A stretch of DNA of 54,305 nucleotides, from positions 1 to 54,305 of the forward strand of contig JANPLG010000164.1 of assembly GCA_031426395.1 (NCBI GenBank), written 5' to 3'. Source of the stretch: Actinomycetes bacterium. GTDB taxonomy: Bacteria; Armatimonadota; SYMT01. The position numbers were made by a program, and so were the translations under genes. Positions 28,886 to 38,564 of the stretch are shown here, in pieces (within the stretch, counting starts at the first letter, position 1; each line of letters begins with the position of its first letter). The notes below the pieces were generated by a model. It was not told the DNA's origin and searched no databases. It was given only the letters and a program-made list of their open reading frames with translations.

Positions 28886-29941
28886 CTATGCGGCAGCGGC
28901 CTTGCGACGGCTGGCGCGATCATAAATGACCGCGATGACGATGGCGGCACCAAGGGCCACCGACTGCCAATAAGGCGGAAGGTTCAGCATCCGGAGTCCC
29001 TGCCGCAGCGTGGCCATCAGCAGCGCTCCGAGGATGGTCCCGCCAATGGTCCCCTGTCCGCCGGAGAGCGAAGCTCCGCCAATAACGGACGCGGCAATCG
29101 CCTCCAACTCCATGCTGGACGAGCCGTTCGGCTCCCCGATGCCGGTGCGGGCCGCCTGGATCACACCCCCAAAGCCGAACAGCAGTCCAGCCAGGACGAA
29201 GTAGAGCGTGAGAAAGCGGTCCGTGGGGATCCCGGAAAGGCGCGCGCTCTCCACATTGCTCCCAATGGCAAAGCAGTAGCGGCCGAACCGCGTCCGGGTG
29301 AGCAGCACATGCGCCAGGATTCCCAGCGCCACGATGTACCAGATCATGATGGAGGGGATGACCAGCACGCTGGTCGCCTTGTCCAGCTGTGAGTGATCGA
29401 GCGGGAACTTGCCGCTTGCGAGGCCGGAGAAGACATCCGGCACCAACTCCGTGTTCTGCGAGTTGGTGAAGGCCTGGGCCAGACCCCGGACAATCATCAT
29501 CGACCCGAGGGTGATGATGAAGGGGTGGAGCTTGGTCTTCGCGGTGAGTGCGCCGTTGAAGAAGCCGAAGACGCCACCGGAGGCGATCCCCACCAGGACG
29601 GCCAGGGGCGGCGGAACTCCGTAGTTGAGCATCAGCACCGCCGTCAGGGTGCCGCTGAAGGCGACCACAGACCCCACGGAGAGGTCGATCCCCCCGGCGA
29701 TGATGATGAAGGTCTGGCCGATCCCCACGATCACGATGATCGCCGCCTGCTCCCCGATGGCGGCGAGGCTGTCCGGGCTGATGAAGATCGGTTTCCCGAA
29801 CCTGCTCCAGGTGATGGCCGTGAAGAGCGAGGCCAGCAGCACCAGCGCCAGAAATGGCGCAAGAAGCCGCGCGGCGGAGCGCAGCATCAACGATTGCGGC
29901 GTGGGAACTTCGAGCTTGTCAGTCACGAGCTTGTCAGTCAC
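28886..29941 (-). CDS. Sugar ABC transporter permease (RbsC-like)
   Basis: GGIDLSVGS, FIITLG, TRFGR..FAIGSN..SARLSGI and ELEAIAASVIGGASL.GG.G. Confidence 0.95.
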   Translation of the reverse strand: MTDKLVTDKLEVPTPQSLMLRSAARLLAPFLALVLLASLFTAITWSRFGKPIFISPDSLAAIGEQAAIIVIVGIGQTFIIIAGGIDLSVGSVVAFSGTLTAVLMLNYGVPPPLAVLVGIASGGVFGFFNGALTAKTKLHPFIITLGSMMIVRGLAQAFTNSQNTELVPDVFSGLASGKFPLDHSQLDKATSVLVIPSIMIWYIVALGILAHVLLTRTRFGRYCFAIGSNVESARLSGIPTDRFLTLYFVLAGLLFGFGGVIQAARTGIGEPNGSSSMELEAIAASVIGGASLSGGQGTIGGTILGALLMATLRQGLRMLNLPPYWQSVALGAAIVIAVIYDRASRRKAAAA

Positions 29942-29982
29942 GGCTCAGATTACGCGGGCGGTTGACGGGGGTGGCGATGGGG

Positions 29983-30381
29983 CTACGCTCGCGGCTTGTA
30001 GGCCACGCAGTCGATCTCGACCCGGATATCGGACGGCGGGTGAGCTTCCACGGTGGTGCGGGCCGGCGGCTCAGTGGGGAAGAACTCCCGGTAGGCCTCG
30101 TTCATGGCCGCGAAGTCGAAGCGGTTTGCGAGGTAGACGTTGCACTTCACCACGTCCGCCATACTCGCGCCTGCGGCTTCCAGGATGGTCTGCACATTGC
30201 GCAGCACCTGCCGGGTCTCGGCCTGGATGCTCTCGCGGACATAGCTGCCGGTGGCGGGGTCCATCGGACCCTGGCCAGAGACGTAGATGAAATCCCCGGC
30301 AATCACAGCGGGCGAATAGGGACCGGCGGGCTTGGGAGCGTTCTCGGGAAACACGGACTGGCGCATGAAGGTGCTCGTCAA
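29983..30381 (-). CDS. RidA/YjgF family protein
   Basis: APKPAGPYSPA, VSGQ, MNEAY..FF, PPART and VEIDCVA. Confidence 0.95.
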   Translation of the reverse strand: MTSTFMRQSVFPENAPKPAGPYSPAVIAGDFIYVSGQGPMDPATGSYVRESIQAETRQVLRNVQTILEAAGASMADVVKCNVYLANRFDFAAMNEAYREFFPTEPPARTTVEAHPPSDIRVEIDCVAYKPRA

Positions 30382-30464
30382 AGGGGAGGGCGAAGGTACC
30401 TCACCTCATTCGCCGATCCATACACGCTTTCCTCGGCATCCGCTATCCAGTGGAGCCGCCACCC

Positions 30465-30756
30465 CCGTCCTTCCGGGGAAGACGCGTCGTGGAGCGTTGG
30501 ACCCGTGCCTTCCCGGAATCTCTCATGCCCTTCGGGCACCTACATTTATGAAGCGGTCGTTAGGCAAGGCCAGCCTTTGGCACGAAGTGCTTCCTATCTT
30601 GCCCCACGGCGCCGTCATTCCGGGCTGTACCTGTCATGAGCGAGGGAGTGTTGCCCTCCCGGAACCCATTTGAACCCGGCCTGATCGTGCTCCCCGCCAC
30701 GGCCAACGGAGCTATGTGTTAGCCACGGACGAGCTGAGTTTTATACGGTCCAGCCG
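30465..30756 (-). ncRNA. Unclassified conserved structured non-coding element, copy 1
   Basis: Aligns along its length with 48774-49064; 52-nt identical core; stems conserved and loops variable; strand inferred from G-U pairs. Confidence 0.6.
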
Positions 30757-31054
30757 TACTCCTTAAGTGTGTCGGAGCAGCCCCTCGCCGAACGGTGAGC
30801 CACGTTTGACGTGGGTGCATTTGACCCCTGCCAGCGCGTGCTCCCCTCCAGCGGACATACCTGGCAGTGAAGGACGCTCTCGATTGGCTCGCAGCCTCCC
30901 ATCTCCCCGTCTCCCCATCAGTCGCGGTGAAGGGATCGAAGTGCGCGTGGGCCAAGTGATGGAAGAGGCGCCTCTGCTAGGGGGATCGCCGGGCTCCCGG
31001 GTGGGGTCAACGATATGCGGCGGCAGGTCGCTTGAACGAGAATTGGAAACGAGA

Positions 31055-31783
31055 ATGACAACGCGCAGAATGGTATTGATGCTCGGAGTGGCGGGCGCGC
31101 TCGCTCTTCCGATGGCGGGCGGGGTCCGCGCGGAGGACCGGCCGCTGAACAAGGCGCCGAAGGGCTTCAAGAAACTCTTTACCGGCAAGGACCTGAAGAA
31201 CTGGCAGGGGCTGATTGAGCTTCCCAAGCGGGAGAAGATGACGCCCGAGGAGCGTAAGGCCGCCCAGGAGAAGGCCGATCAGTTGATGGCGGCTCACTGG
31301 TCCATCGAGAACGGCATCCTCGTCTTCGACGGCAAGGGGCAGAGCCTCCAGACCGCCAAGGACTACGGCGATTTCGAGATGTGGGTCGACTGGAAGATCC
31401 CGGTCAAGGGGGACAGCGGCATCTACCTGCGCGGCCAGCCCCAGGTCCAGATCTGGGAAGCCACCGACAAGCCCGCCCTCGGCCCCGATGGGAAGTTCCT
31501 CGGCTCCGGCGGCCTTTACAATAACCAGGCGAACGCCCGCCACCCTATCGTAGCGGCGGATAAGCCTGCGGGTGAATGGAACACTTTCTGGATCCGCATG
31601 GTGGGCGACCGCGTCACCATCAAGCTGAACGACGTGCTGGTGGTGGACAACACGCCCCTGGAGAACTACTGGGAGCGAGGGAAGCCGCTGCCGGCGGTCG
31701 GCCCGCTTGAGCTGCAGAATCACGGCCAGCGCCTGGAGTTCCGGAACATCTACATCAAAGAGCTGAAAAGCTCCGGAGACTGA
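31055..31783 (+). CDS. DUF1080 (3-keto-disaccharide hydrolase-like) exported protein
   Basis: LFTGKDL.NW, YGDF, GDSGIYLRG, SGGLY, GEWN and LELQNHG..EFRNIYIKEL; TRR Tat-like signal. Confidence 0.92.
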   Translation: MTTRRMVLMLGVAGALALPMAGGVRAEDRPLNKAPKGFKKLFTGKDLKNWQGLIELPKREKMTPEERKAAQEKADQLMAAHWSIENGILVFDGKGQSLQTAKDYGDFEMWVDWKIPVKGDSGIYLRGQPQVQIWEATDKPALGPDGKFLGSGGLYNNQANARHPIVAADKPAGEWNTFWIRMVGDRVTIKLNDVLVVDNTPLENYWERGKPLPAVGPLELQNHGQRLEFRNIYIKELKSSGD

Positions 31784-31809
31784 TCCGAGATCCCGGACCA
31801 CAAACGAGC

Positions 31810-31835
31810 ACAGCCCCTCCACTCGGAGGGGCTGT
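31810..31835. terminator. Probable bidirectional intrinsic terminator between DUF1080 and the tRNA
   Basis: acagcccctcc-actc-ggaggggctgt, an 11-bp perfect stem between convergent genes. Confidence 0.75.
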
Positions 31836-31840
31836 TTAAG

Positions 31841-31911
31841 TTCCCGGACAAGGATTCGAACCTCGATAAACAGCTCCAAAGGCTGCTGTCCTACCATTGG
31901 ACGATCCGGGA
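31841..31911 (-). tRNA. tRNA-Gln (anticodon UUG), CCA not encoded
   Basis: tcccgga-tc-gtccaatggtaggac-a-gcagc-ctTTGga-gctgt-ttat-cgagg-ttcgaat-ccttg-tccggga-a folds as a cloverleaf. Confidence 0.96.
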
Positions 31912-31925
31912 TCAAGCTCGCCTAG

Positions 31926-31955
31926 ACTATACCTGGGCTTCGAATGCCTGCGCAA
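31926..31955 (-). promoter_or_regulatory. Sigma70-like promoter of tRNA-Gln
   Basis: TTGCGC-18 nt-TATAGT on the minus strand, ending 14 nt upstream of the tRNA. Confidence 0.65.
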
Positions 31956-32436
31956 GCGCCTCCGAACCCCGATGGGATACGTTCCTGGAACTGGGCAACC
32001 TCAGCAGTTTTCACGAATGAGCCGGTAGCCTAGCGCCTCGTGCGCGTGGTTCGCAGGCAATCGCAAGGTCCCTCCGGCCGGCTGGACTTCACGGGTCCCC
32101 AATGAAGAGTGAGTAGAGGGCATCCAACTCAAGAGGCTGAACGGACTCCCACTGCTCCGCGCTCGGAGACGACCCTCAACGCAGAAACGAAGACAGACTC
32201 CGCTCCTTGATGTGACAGTTCATGACCCGCCCATCGACTCGTAGGCAACGACGAACCACAACGCTGGGCGGCAATGCCGAGAATCATGCGTCTCTGTCTC
32301 TCCCCCGGGGGTGCGGGGGGTGTCCCGACAACAATTCGCATAATTGTTCAAGAGTTCTCAAAGATAAGAGCCGGATCACCGGCACCTAAGTTAGACCGTT
32401 GATCCGCGCGCCGGCGCTGGTGGAAAGAAGTTCCCG

Positions 32437-33708
32437 ATGAAGCTAGCTATCCTCACCCTCGGCCTCCTCCTGGCAATCCCGATGGCCGCCACCCAGGCGG
32501 GAGATTGGCCGGCTTGGCGCGGTGCCTCCGCCAACGGTAGCACGCAGGCCGGCAGCTACCCCACCCGCTGGACGGAGGCCGACATCGCCTGGAAGCTACC
32601 CCTTCCGGGCAAGGGCGTCTCAACGCCCATCGTCTGGAAGGACCGCATCTACCTCACCACGCCGGCGGAGGATCAGGACGCCGTCCTGGCCGTCGATAAG
32701 TCGGGCAAGCAGCTCTGGCTGACCAAGCTGGGTTCCGCCAGCCCCGCCCGGCATCGGACGCTGGCTTCAAGCAGCAACGCTTCCCCGGTGACGGACGGCA
32801 AGGCAATCTTCGCTCGCTTTCGGAGCGGCCATTTCGCGGCCCTGGAGATGGACGGCAAGATCCGCTGGCGGATGAACCTCGACGAGGTCTACGGCAAGGA
32901 AGAGCTCTACTGGGATACCGGCAGCTCGCCCACGCTGGTGGGGGACCTCGTCATCCTCAGCCGCCTCCATCACGGCGAGTCGTGGGTGGCCGGCTTCGAC
33001 AAGAAGACCGGCAAGGAACGCTGGCTTCAGAAGCGCAACTACGAGGCGCCTGCGGAGAACGACAACGGCTACTCCACCCCGCTCGTTTTCCAGTACAAGG
33101 GACAGCCCGCCCTGCTGATATGGGGTGCGGACCGTCTGACCGCGCATTCAGCAGCGGATGGTAAGCTGCTTTGGTCGTGCGCCGGTTTCAACCCGCGCGC
33201 CATTGTCAACTGGCCCGCCATTGCCACGCCGGTGATCCATGGAAACATCGCGGTGGTGCCGGTGGGGCGTGACGACCGTCCCGGACAGGCCCGCCTCCAC
33301 GGCATCCGCCTCGACGGCTCCGGCGATGTCACCGAAACGCACCGGGCCTGGGTGCGCGAGGACATCGGCGTCTTCTGCTCCACACCGGTGGAATACCGCG
33401 GCAAGGTCTACCTGCTCCGCCATCGCGGCGGCGTCGTCTGCATTGATCCGGCCACCGGCAAGACCGTCTGGGAGAATGCCTTCCCCAGAGCGAGCGCCAG
33501 CTTCTACTCCTCGCCCGTGATCGCCAACGGCATCCTATACGCCGCTCGGGAAGACGGAACGGTGTTCGCCGCCCGCGTCGGTGACCAGTTCGAGCTACTT
33601 AGCGAGAATTCCATGGGAGATCGCGTGGTCGCCTCACCCGTTCCCGCCACCAACAGCCTGCTCATCCGCAGCGAGAAGCAGCTCTTCAGCATCCCAGCAA
33701 AGCCGTAG
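32437..33708 (+). CDS. PQQ-like beta-propeller repeat protein (secreted)
   Basis: DWPAWRG start; repeated SSP/STP..G and TGK..W blades. Confidence 0.92.
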   Translation: MKLAILTLGLLLAIPMAATQAGDWPAWRGASANGSTQAGSYPTRWTEADIAWKLPLPGKGVSTPIVWKDRIYLTTPAEDQDAVLAVDKSGKQLWLTKLGSASPARHRTLASSSNASPVTDGKAIFARFRSGHFAALEMDGKIRWRMNLDEVYGKEELYWDTGSSPTLVGDLVILSRLHHGESWVAGFDKKTGKERWLQKRNYEAPAENDNGYSTPLVFQYKGQPALLIWGADRLTAHSAADGKLLWSCAGFNPRAIVNWPAIATPVIHGNIAVVPVGRDDRPGQARLHGIRLDGSGDVTETHRAWVREDIGVFCSTPVEYRGKVYLLRHRGGVVCIDPATGKTVWENAFPRASASFYSSPVIANGILYAAREDGTVFAARVGDQFELLSENSMGDRVVASPVPATNSLLIRSEKQLFSIPAKP

Positions 33709-33912
33709 TAGCCTGGAAGGCCCGCAGATCTGCACCCAGGCCCGGGACCTTCACCCAGAGGTCAAGCACCGCCGCGGAGGTCGTAGAGGACGCGGCGACG
33801 GTCGGGGAGACGTGGTTCCTCCGACGGAGCCGCCGCAAACTCACCAGTGACTTCTGGGTCGCTGGCGTGTCAGAGCCTTACGCCATTAACGTTTAATCCT
33901 GTATAGCCATCC

Positions 33913-36456
33913 ATGAAGAAACTCCGCTTCCCACTCCTCGCACCTTTGCCCCTGGTGATTGCCGCAGCCGTTGGAACGGTCGGAGTCGGGACTATGGCGG
34001 TTGGTTGGGCGGCGGACAAAAGAGCTGCCGACCTCACCAAGCTGCCCCCGGCGGCGACGGCGAAGGTCGACTACCTCCGTGACATCGAGCCGCTCTTCAA
34101 GTCCCGCTGCATGGCCTGTCACGGTGCCACGAAGGCGCTCGGTGGGCTGCGGCTGCATCTCCCGGCGCAGATCCTGGAAGGCGGTGACGGCGGCATCGTG
34201 CTAACCCCCGGAAAGAGCGCGGAGAGCCGCCTGGTCCATTACATTGCCGGGGCGCTGGAGGGCAAAGTGATGCCTCCCGCCGGCCCGCGCCTCACCGCGC
34301 AGGAGGTCGGCCTGGTCCGTGCCTGGATCGACCAGGGCGCGGAGCTTCCCAAGCGAGAGGGCGCGGCGGCCTCTCCTGCATCGATTCATTGGGCGTTCCA
34401 ACCGATCTGCAAACCTGCCGTCCCGCGGGTGAAGCAGGCCGCCTGGGTCCGTAACCCGATTGATGCCTTCATCCTGGCAAGGCTGGAAGCGAAGGGGCTG
34501 AAGCCCGCACAGCTGGCGGACCCGATCACCCAGCTTCGGCGCGTTAGCCTCGACCTCACCGGGCTGCCGCCCGCCCCAGAGGAGGTTGACACCTTCCTCA
34601 AGGACCCGTCACCGGACGCCTTCGAGCGGGCAGTGGACCGGCTCCTCACCAGCCCCCACTATGGGGAGCGGTGGGGGAGGCAGTGGCTCGATCTGGCCCG
34701 GTACGCGGACAGCAACGGCTATTCGATTGATGGCGCGCGCCAGATGTGGCTCTACCGGGACTGGGTCATCCAGGCTCTCAACGCAGACCTCCCCTTCGAC
34801 CGCTTCACCATCGAGCAGCTTGCCGGCGACCTCCTCCCCAACCCTTCCCGTGAGCAGCTCATTGCCACCGGCTTCCATCGCAATACCTTGGTCAACGAGG
34901 AAGGTGGGACGGATGCAGAGCAGTTCCGCATCGAGGCGGTGGGGGATCGGGTCGATACCACCGGCGCCGTCTGGATGGGGCTGACGGTCGGCTGCGCTAA
35001 GTGCCACACGCACAAGTACGATCCGCTCACGCAGCGCGAGTACTACCAGCTCTTCGCCTTCTTCAATAGCCAGGATGAGCCGAACCTCAGCTTCCCCTCA
35101 CCGGAGCAATCGCGCCGGCTGGCGGAGTTGAAGCGCCAGCTTTCCGAGGCCCAGAAGGCACTGGCGGAGTATGACCGGCTCCACACCATTGCCAAGGGGG
35201 AGTCCCGTAAGGACGATCCAGCGCGGAAGCTGCTGGCCGACCGGGTGGCAGCTCTGCAGAAGGACGACCGGGAGTTCGCCAGGAGCGTCAACACTGCGAT
35301 GGTGCTTCGCGAGCGGCCCGAACCGCGCCCCACGCACCTCATGATCCGTGGCGACTTCCTACGCAAGGGTCCCCTCGTCCGCCCCAATGTCCCTGCGGTG
35401 CTGCCGCCGCTCCCGCCCTCAGGCACGGACGGTCATCCCACGCGCCTCGACCTTGCCCGCTGGCTGGTGAGCGAGAAAAACCCGCTCACGCCCCGCGTCA
35501 CCGTGAACCGCGTCTGGATGCAGTACTTCGGGCAGGGGCTGGTGGAAACGGAGAACGACTTCGGCGTCCAGGGCAGCCTCCCCACCCATCCGGAACTCCT
35601 CGACTACCTCGCCGCAACCTTTGCGGGAGTTCCCGGTTCCCGGTTTCCGGTTTCCGGTTCAGCCGTTCCCATCACCGGCAACAAGCAACAGGGAACAGGA
35701 AACAGGGAACAGGGAACCCCTTGGAGCCTCAAGGGGCTCCATCGGCTGATCGTTACCTCGGCCACCTATCGGCAGAGCAGCAAGCACCGGCCGGAACTGA
35801 AGGCTGTCGATCCCCGCAACCTGCTCCTCGCGAAACAGAATCGGCTGCGGCTGGACGCGGAACTCATCCGTGACACGGCGCTAGCGGCCAGCGGGCTGCT
35901 TTCTCGCAAGATCGGGGGGCCGAGCGTCTTCCCGCCCCATCCTCCCGGCACGGAGGCCCTCACGCAGGTCAAGCGCGTCTGGACCCCCAGCAAGGGCGAG
36001 GACCGCTACCGCCGGGGCCTCTACACTTGGCACTGGCGCAGCAACCCTTTCCCGCTCTTCGTCACCTTCGACGCCCCCAACGGTAACGTCACCTGCACGC
36101 GACGCCTCAGGTCCAACACGCCCAATCAGGCGCTGATGCTCGCCAATGACGAGATGTTTGTCGAGATGGCGCAGTCCCTGGGGGCGCGTGCCCTCCGCGA
36201 GGGACCCTCTGACGACGCCGGCCGCATCGCCTGGATGTTCCGCCGCTGCGTTGGGCGACAACCCGAGCCAGGGGAGGCAGCGCGCCTGGGGCAGTTCCTA
36301 CGTTCGCAGTTCGCCGCCTTCCAGGCCGAACCCACGGAAGCCGAGAAGGCCGCCCCTCGTGACCGGCCCGCCGGTGTCGATGCTCCCACCGGCGCATCCT
36401 GGAGCGCACTGGCCCGCGTCCTCCTCAACCTGGACGAGTTCATCACCCGTGAGTAA
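33913..36456 (+). CDS. Planctomycete cytochrome c + DUF1549 (PSCyt2) + DUF1553 (PSD1) protein
   Basis: CMACH and CAKCH heme motifs; NPIDAFI, YGERWGRQWLDLARYADSNG, HPELLDYLA and LNLDEFITRE. Confidence 0.95.
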   Translation: MKKLRFPLLAPLPLVIAAAVGTVGVGTMAVGWAADKRAADLTKLPPAATAKVDYLRDIEPLFKSRCMACHGATKALGGLRLHLPAQILEGGDGGIVLTPGKSAESRLVHYIAGALEGKVMPPAGPRLTAQEVGLVRAWIDQGAELPKREGAAASPASIHWAFQPICKPAVPRVKQAAWVRNPIDAFILARLEAKGLKPAQLADPITQLRRVSLDLTGLPPAPEEVDTFLKDPSPDAFERAVDRLLTSPHYGERWGRQWLDLARYADSNGYSIDGARQMWLYRDWVIQALNADLPFDRFTIEQLAGDLLPNPSREQLIATGFHRNTLVNEEGGTDAEQFRIEAVGDRVDTTGAVWMGLTVGCAKCHTHKYDPLTQREYYQLFAFFNSQDEPNLSFPSPEQSRRLAELKRQLSEAQKALAEYDRLHTIAKGESRKDDPARKLLADRVAALQKDDREFARSVNTAMVLRERPEPRPTHLMIRGDFLRKGPLVRPNVPAVLPPLPPSGTDGHPTRLDLARWLVSEKNPLTPRVTVNRVWMQYFGQGLVETENDFGVQGSLPTHPELLDYLAATFAGVPGSRFPVSGSAVPITGNKQQGTGNREQGTPWSLKGLHRLIVTSATYRQSSKHRPELKAVDPRNLLLAKQNRLRLDAELIRDTALAASGLLSRKIGGPSVFPPHPPGTEALTQVKRVWTPSKGEDRYRRGLYTWHWRSNPFPLFVTFDAPNGNVTCTRRLRSNTPNQALMLANDEMFVEMAQSLGARALREGPSDDAGRIAWMFRRCVGRQPEPGEAARLGQFLRSQFAAFQAEPTEAEKAAPRDRPAGVDAPTGASWSALARVLLNLDEFITRE

Positions 36457-36509
36457 GGTAATCCCGTCGCCCGTCGGGGAGATGTCGCCCCACCTGGAGG
36501 CTTGATCCA

Positions 36510-37100
36510 ATGTCGATAGTCGCCGAACGCCCAGGTACTGCCTATGAAGTCCGGGAACCCAGTCGCGAGGGTGCATGGGAGCTGATTGACGGAGTGTTCC
36601 AGGAGAAACCGATGGGTGCGGAGTCCGATTGGGTTGCTTCCGAGATCAGTTTCAACCTTCGACGTCAGTTGGGTCACGACGCGGATGGGTGGGTGATCAG
36701 GGAAACCACCTTCCAGTGCTTCCCCCAAGAACCGGGACGCATCCGACGACCGGACGTGGCCTACCTGCGGCGAGCGCGAACGAAGGATGGACGCTTGTCC
36801 CGCGGGCACGAAAAAACCGCACCAAGCCTCGTCGTGGAGGTCGTTTCTCCGAATGATCTGGCGGAAGAGATTGAGGGGCGCATTCACGACTTCTTGCAAG
36901 CTGGCACCGACCTCGCTTGGGTGGTCTATCCGTTGACCCGTACCGTCCACGTCTTCCGGGCAGACGGCTCCGCCCAGCGGCTCACCGGCGAGCAGGCTCT
37001 CACCGGCGAGGGGGTCCTTCCAGACTTCCACTGCTCCATCGCTGCATTCTTCGAAACCGACTACGAGGCTGAAGTTGACGCCAGGACCAGCACGCTATGA
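36510..37100 (+). CDS. Uma2-family (PD-(D/E)xK) endonuclease-like protein
   Basis: ELIDG, RRPDVAY, APSLVVEVVSPND, WVVYP..RTVHVFR and VLPDF. Confidence 0.92.
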   Translation: MSIVAERPGTAYEVREPSREGAWELIDGVFQEKPMGAESDWVASEISFNLRRQLGHDADGWVIRETTFQCFPQEPGRIRRPDVAYLRRARTKDGRLSRGHEKTAPSLVVEVVSPNDLAEEIEGRIHDFLQAGTDLAWVVYPLTRTVHVFRADGSAQRLTGEQALTGEGVLPDFHCSIAAFFETDYEAEVDARTSTL

Positions 37101-38533
37101 GTTTCGATCCCGAAAGGCTGCACCTTCGCACGCGGCGTCATTTCTTGGAGGATTGCCGCGTCGGCCTAGGGTCGATGGCACTTGCCTCGATGCTGGGGGA
37201 AGACGCGGGCGCGGCGGCCAAGCCAAAGTCGGCGTCGGATCGATCACAGCTGCCGCAGTTCCCGGCGCGAGCCAAGCGGGTCATCTTCCTTCACATGGCG
37301 GGCGGCCCCAGCCAGATCGACCTCTTCGACCCGAAGCCGAAGCTGAACGAGCTCAGCGGTCAGGTGCCGCCCAAGGAGTTCCTGGAAGGGAAGCGGTTCG
37401 CGTTCCTGAAGCCGGACGCCCGGCTCCTGGGCAGTCCGCGCACCTTCCAGCGCCATGGGCGGAGTGGCGCGGTGCTGAGCGACCTCTTCCCGCACCTCGG
37501 CACGGTGGCGGACGACATCCTCATCGTGCGGAGCCTCACCACGGATGTCTTCAACCACGGCCCGGCCAAGCTCTTCATGCAGACCGGGTCACCGCAGCCC
37601 GGCCGCCCGGCCATCGGCGCGTGGCTCACCTACGGACTCGGCAGCGAGAGCCGCGACCTCCCCGGCTTCGTGGTGCTGCAGAGCGGTCCACGTGGACCCC
37701 GTGCGGGGGCAGTCCTCTGGAGCAGCGGCTTCCTTCCCTCCAACTTCCAGGGCGTGCCCTTCCTCCCCGGCCCGCAGCCCATTGTCGACCTGGCCAGTCC
37801 TCCTGGCTACGACCACCACCGTCAGGGCGAGTTCTTCAGCGCCGTCCGGGACCTGAACGCGACCCGCCTCCAGGCCACCGGCGACCCCGAGATCGCGACA
37901 CGCCTCACGCAGTACGAGATGGCCTACCGGATGCAGACCAGCGCCCCGGAGTTGATGGACATCACGAAGGAAGATCCGCGCACCCTCGCGATGTACGGGG
38001 CCACGCCGGGGAAGCCCTCCTTCGCCAACAACTGCCTTCTGGCGCGGCGGCTTGTGGAGCGGGGAACCCGCTTCGTCCAGCTTTTCCACACTGATTGGGA
38101 CCACCACGGCGGCGCGAACATGGATCTGGAGACGCACTTTCCCCGCATCTGCCGGGAGGTCGACCAGCCCTGCGCCGCCCTCGTGCGGGACCTGAAGCAG
38201 CGCGGCCTTCTGGAAGACACCATCGTCCTGTGGGGCGGAGAGTTCGGCCGCACCCCGATGGGGGAGGTACGGGAGACCACCGGCCGGGACCACCACATTG
38301 AGGCGTTCACAATGTGGATGACCGGCGGCGGCTTCCAGCGCGGGCTCACTGTCGGAGAGACGGATGAGCTGGGCTACACCGTCGTCCAGGACAAGATGCA
38401 TGTCCACGACCTGCACGCGACCCTGCTGCATCTTCTCGGCATTGAGCACACGAAGCTGACCTACCGCTTCCAAGGCCGCGACTTCCGCCTCACGGACGTC
38501 TTCGGGAACGTCCAGCAGAAGCTGATCGCCTGA
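37097..38533 (+). CDS. DUF1501 domain protein
   Basis: TRRHFL, AKRVIFLHMAGGPSQIDLFDPKP, WDHH, WGGEFGRTP and GRDFRLTDV. Confidence 0.95.
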   Translation: MSFDPERLHLRTRRHFLEDCRVGLGSMALASMLGEDAGAAAKPKSASDRSQLPQFPARAKRVIFLHMAGGPSQIDLFDPKPKLNELSGQVPPKEFLEGKRFAFLKPDARLLGSPRTFQRHGRSGAVLSDLFPHLGTVADDILIVRSLTTDVFNHGPAKLFMQTGSPQPGRPAIGAWLTYGLGSESRDLPGFVVLQSGPRGPRAGAVLWSSGFLPSNFQGVPFLPGPQPIVDLASPPGYDHHRQGEFFSAVRDLNATRLQATGDPEIATRLTQYEMAYRMQTSAPELMDITKEDPRTLAMYGATPGKPSFANNCLLARRLVERGTRFVQLFHTDWDHHGGANMDLETHFPRICREVDQPCAALVRDLKQRGLLEDTIVLWGGEFGRTPMGEVRETTGRDHHIEAFTMWMTGGGFQRGLTVGETDELGYTVVQDKMHVHDLHATLLHLLGIEHTKLTYRFQGRDFRLTDVFGNVQQKLIA

Positions 38534-38564
38534 CCCGCAACTTAATCCGCATCATTGATCGACC

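Noticed and set aside
29911-29942. 15-bp tandem duplication at the permease start (TDKLV-TDKLE)
   Set aside because: Simple in-frame slippage in a variable N-terminus
30671-30680. TGAACCCGGC shared between the duplicated ncRNA and the REP leader
   Set aside because: Only 10 nt and flanks differ; cannot be distinguished from chance
31841-31911. tRNA as an integration site
   Set aside because: No integrase and no duplicated tRNA 3' end seen in the window
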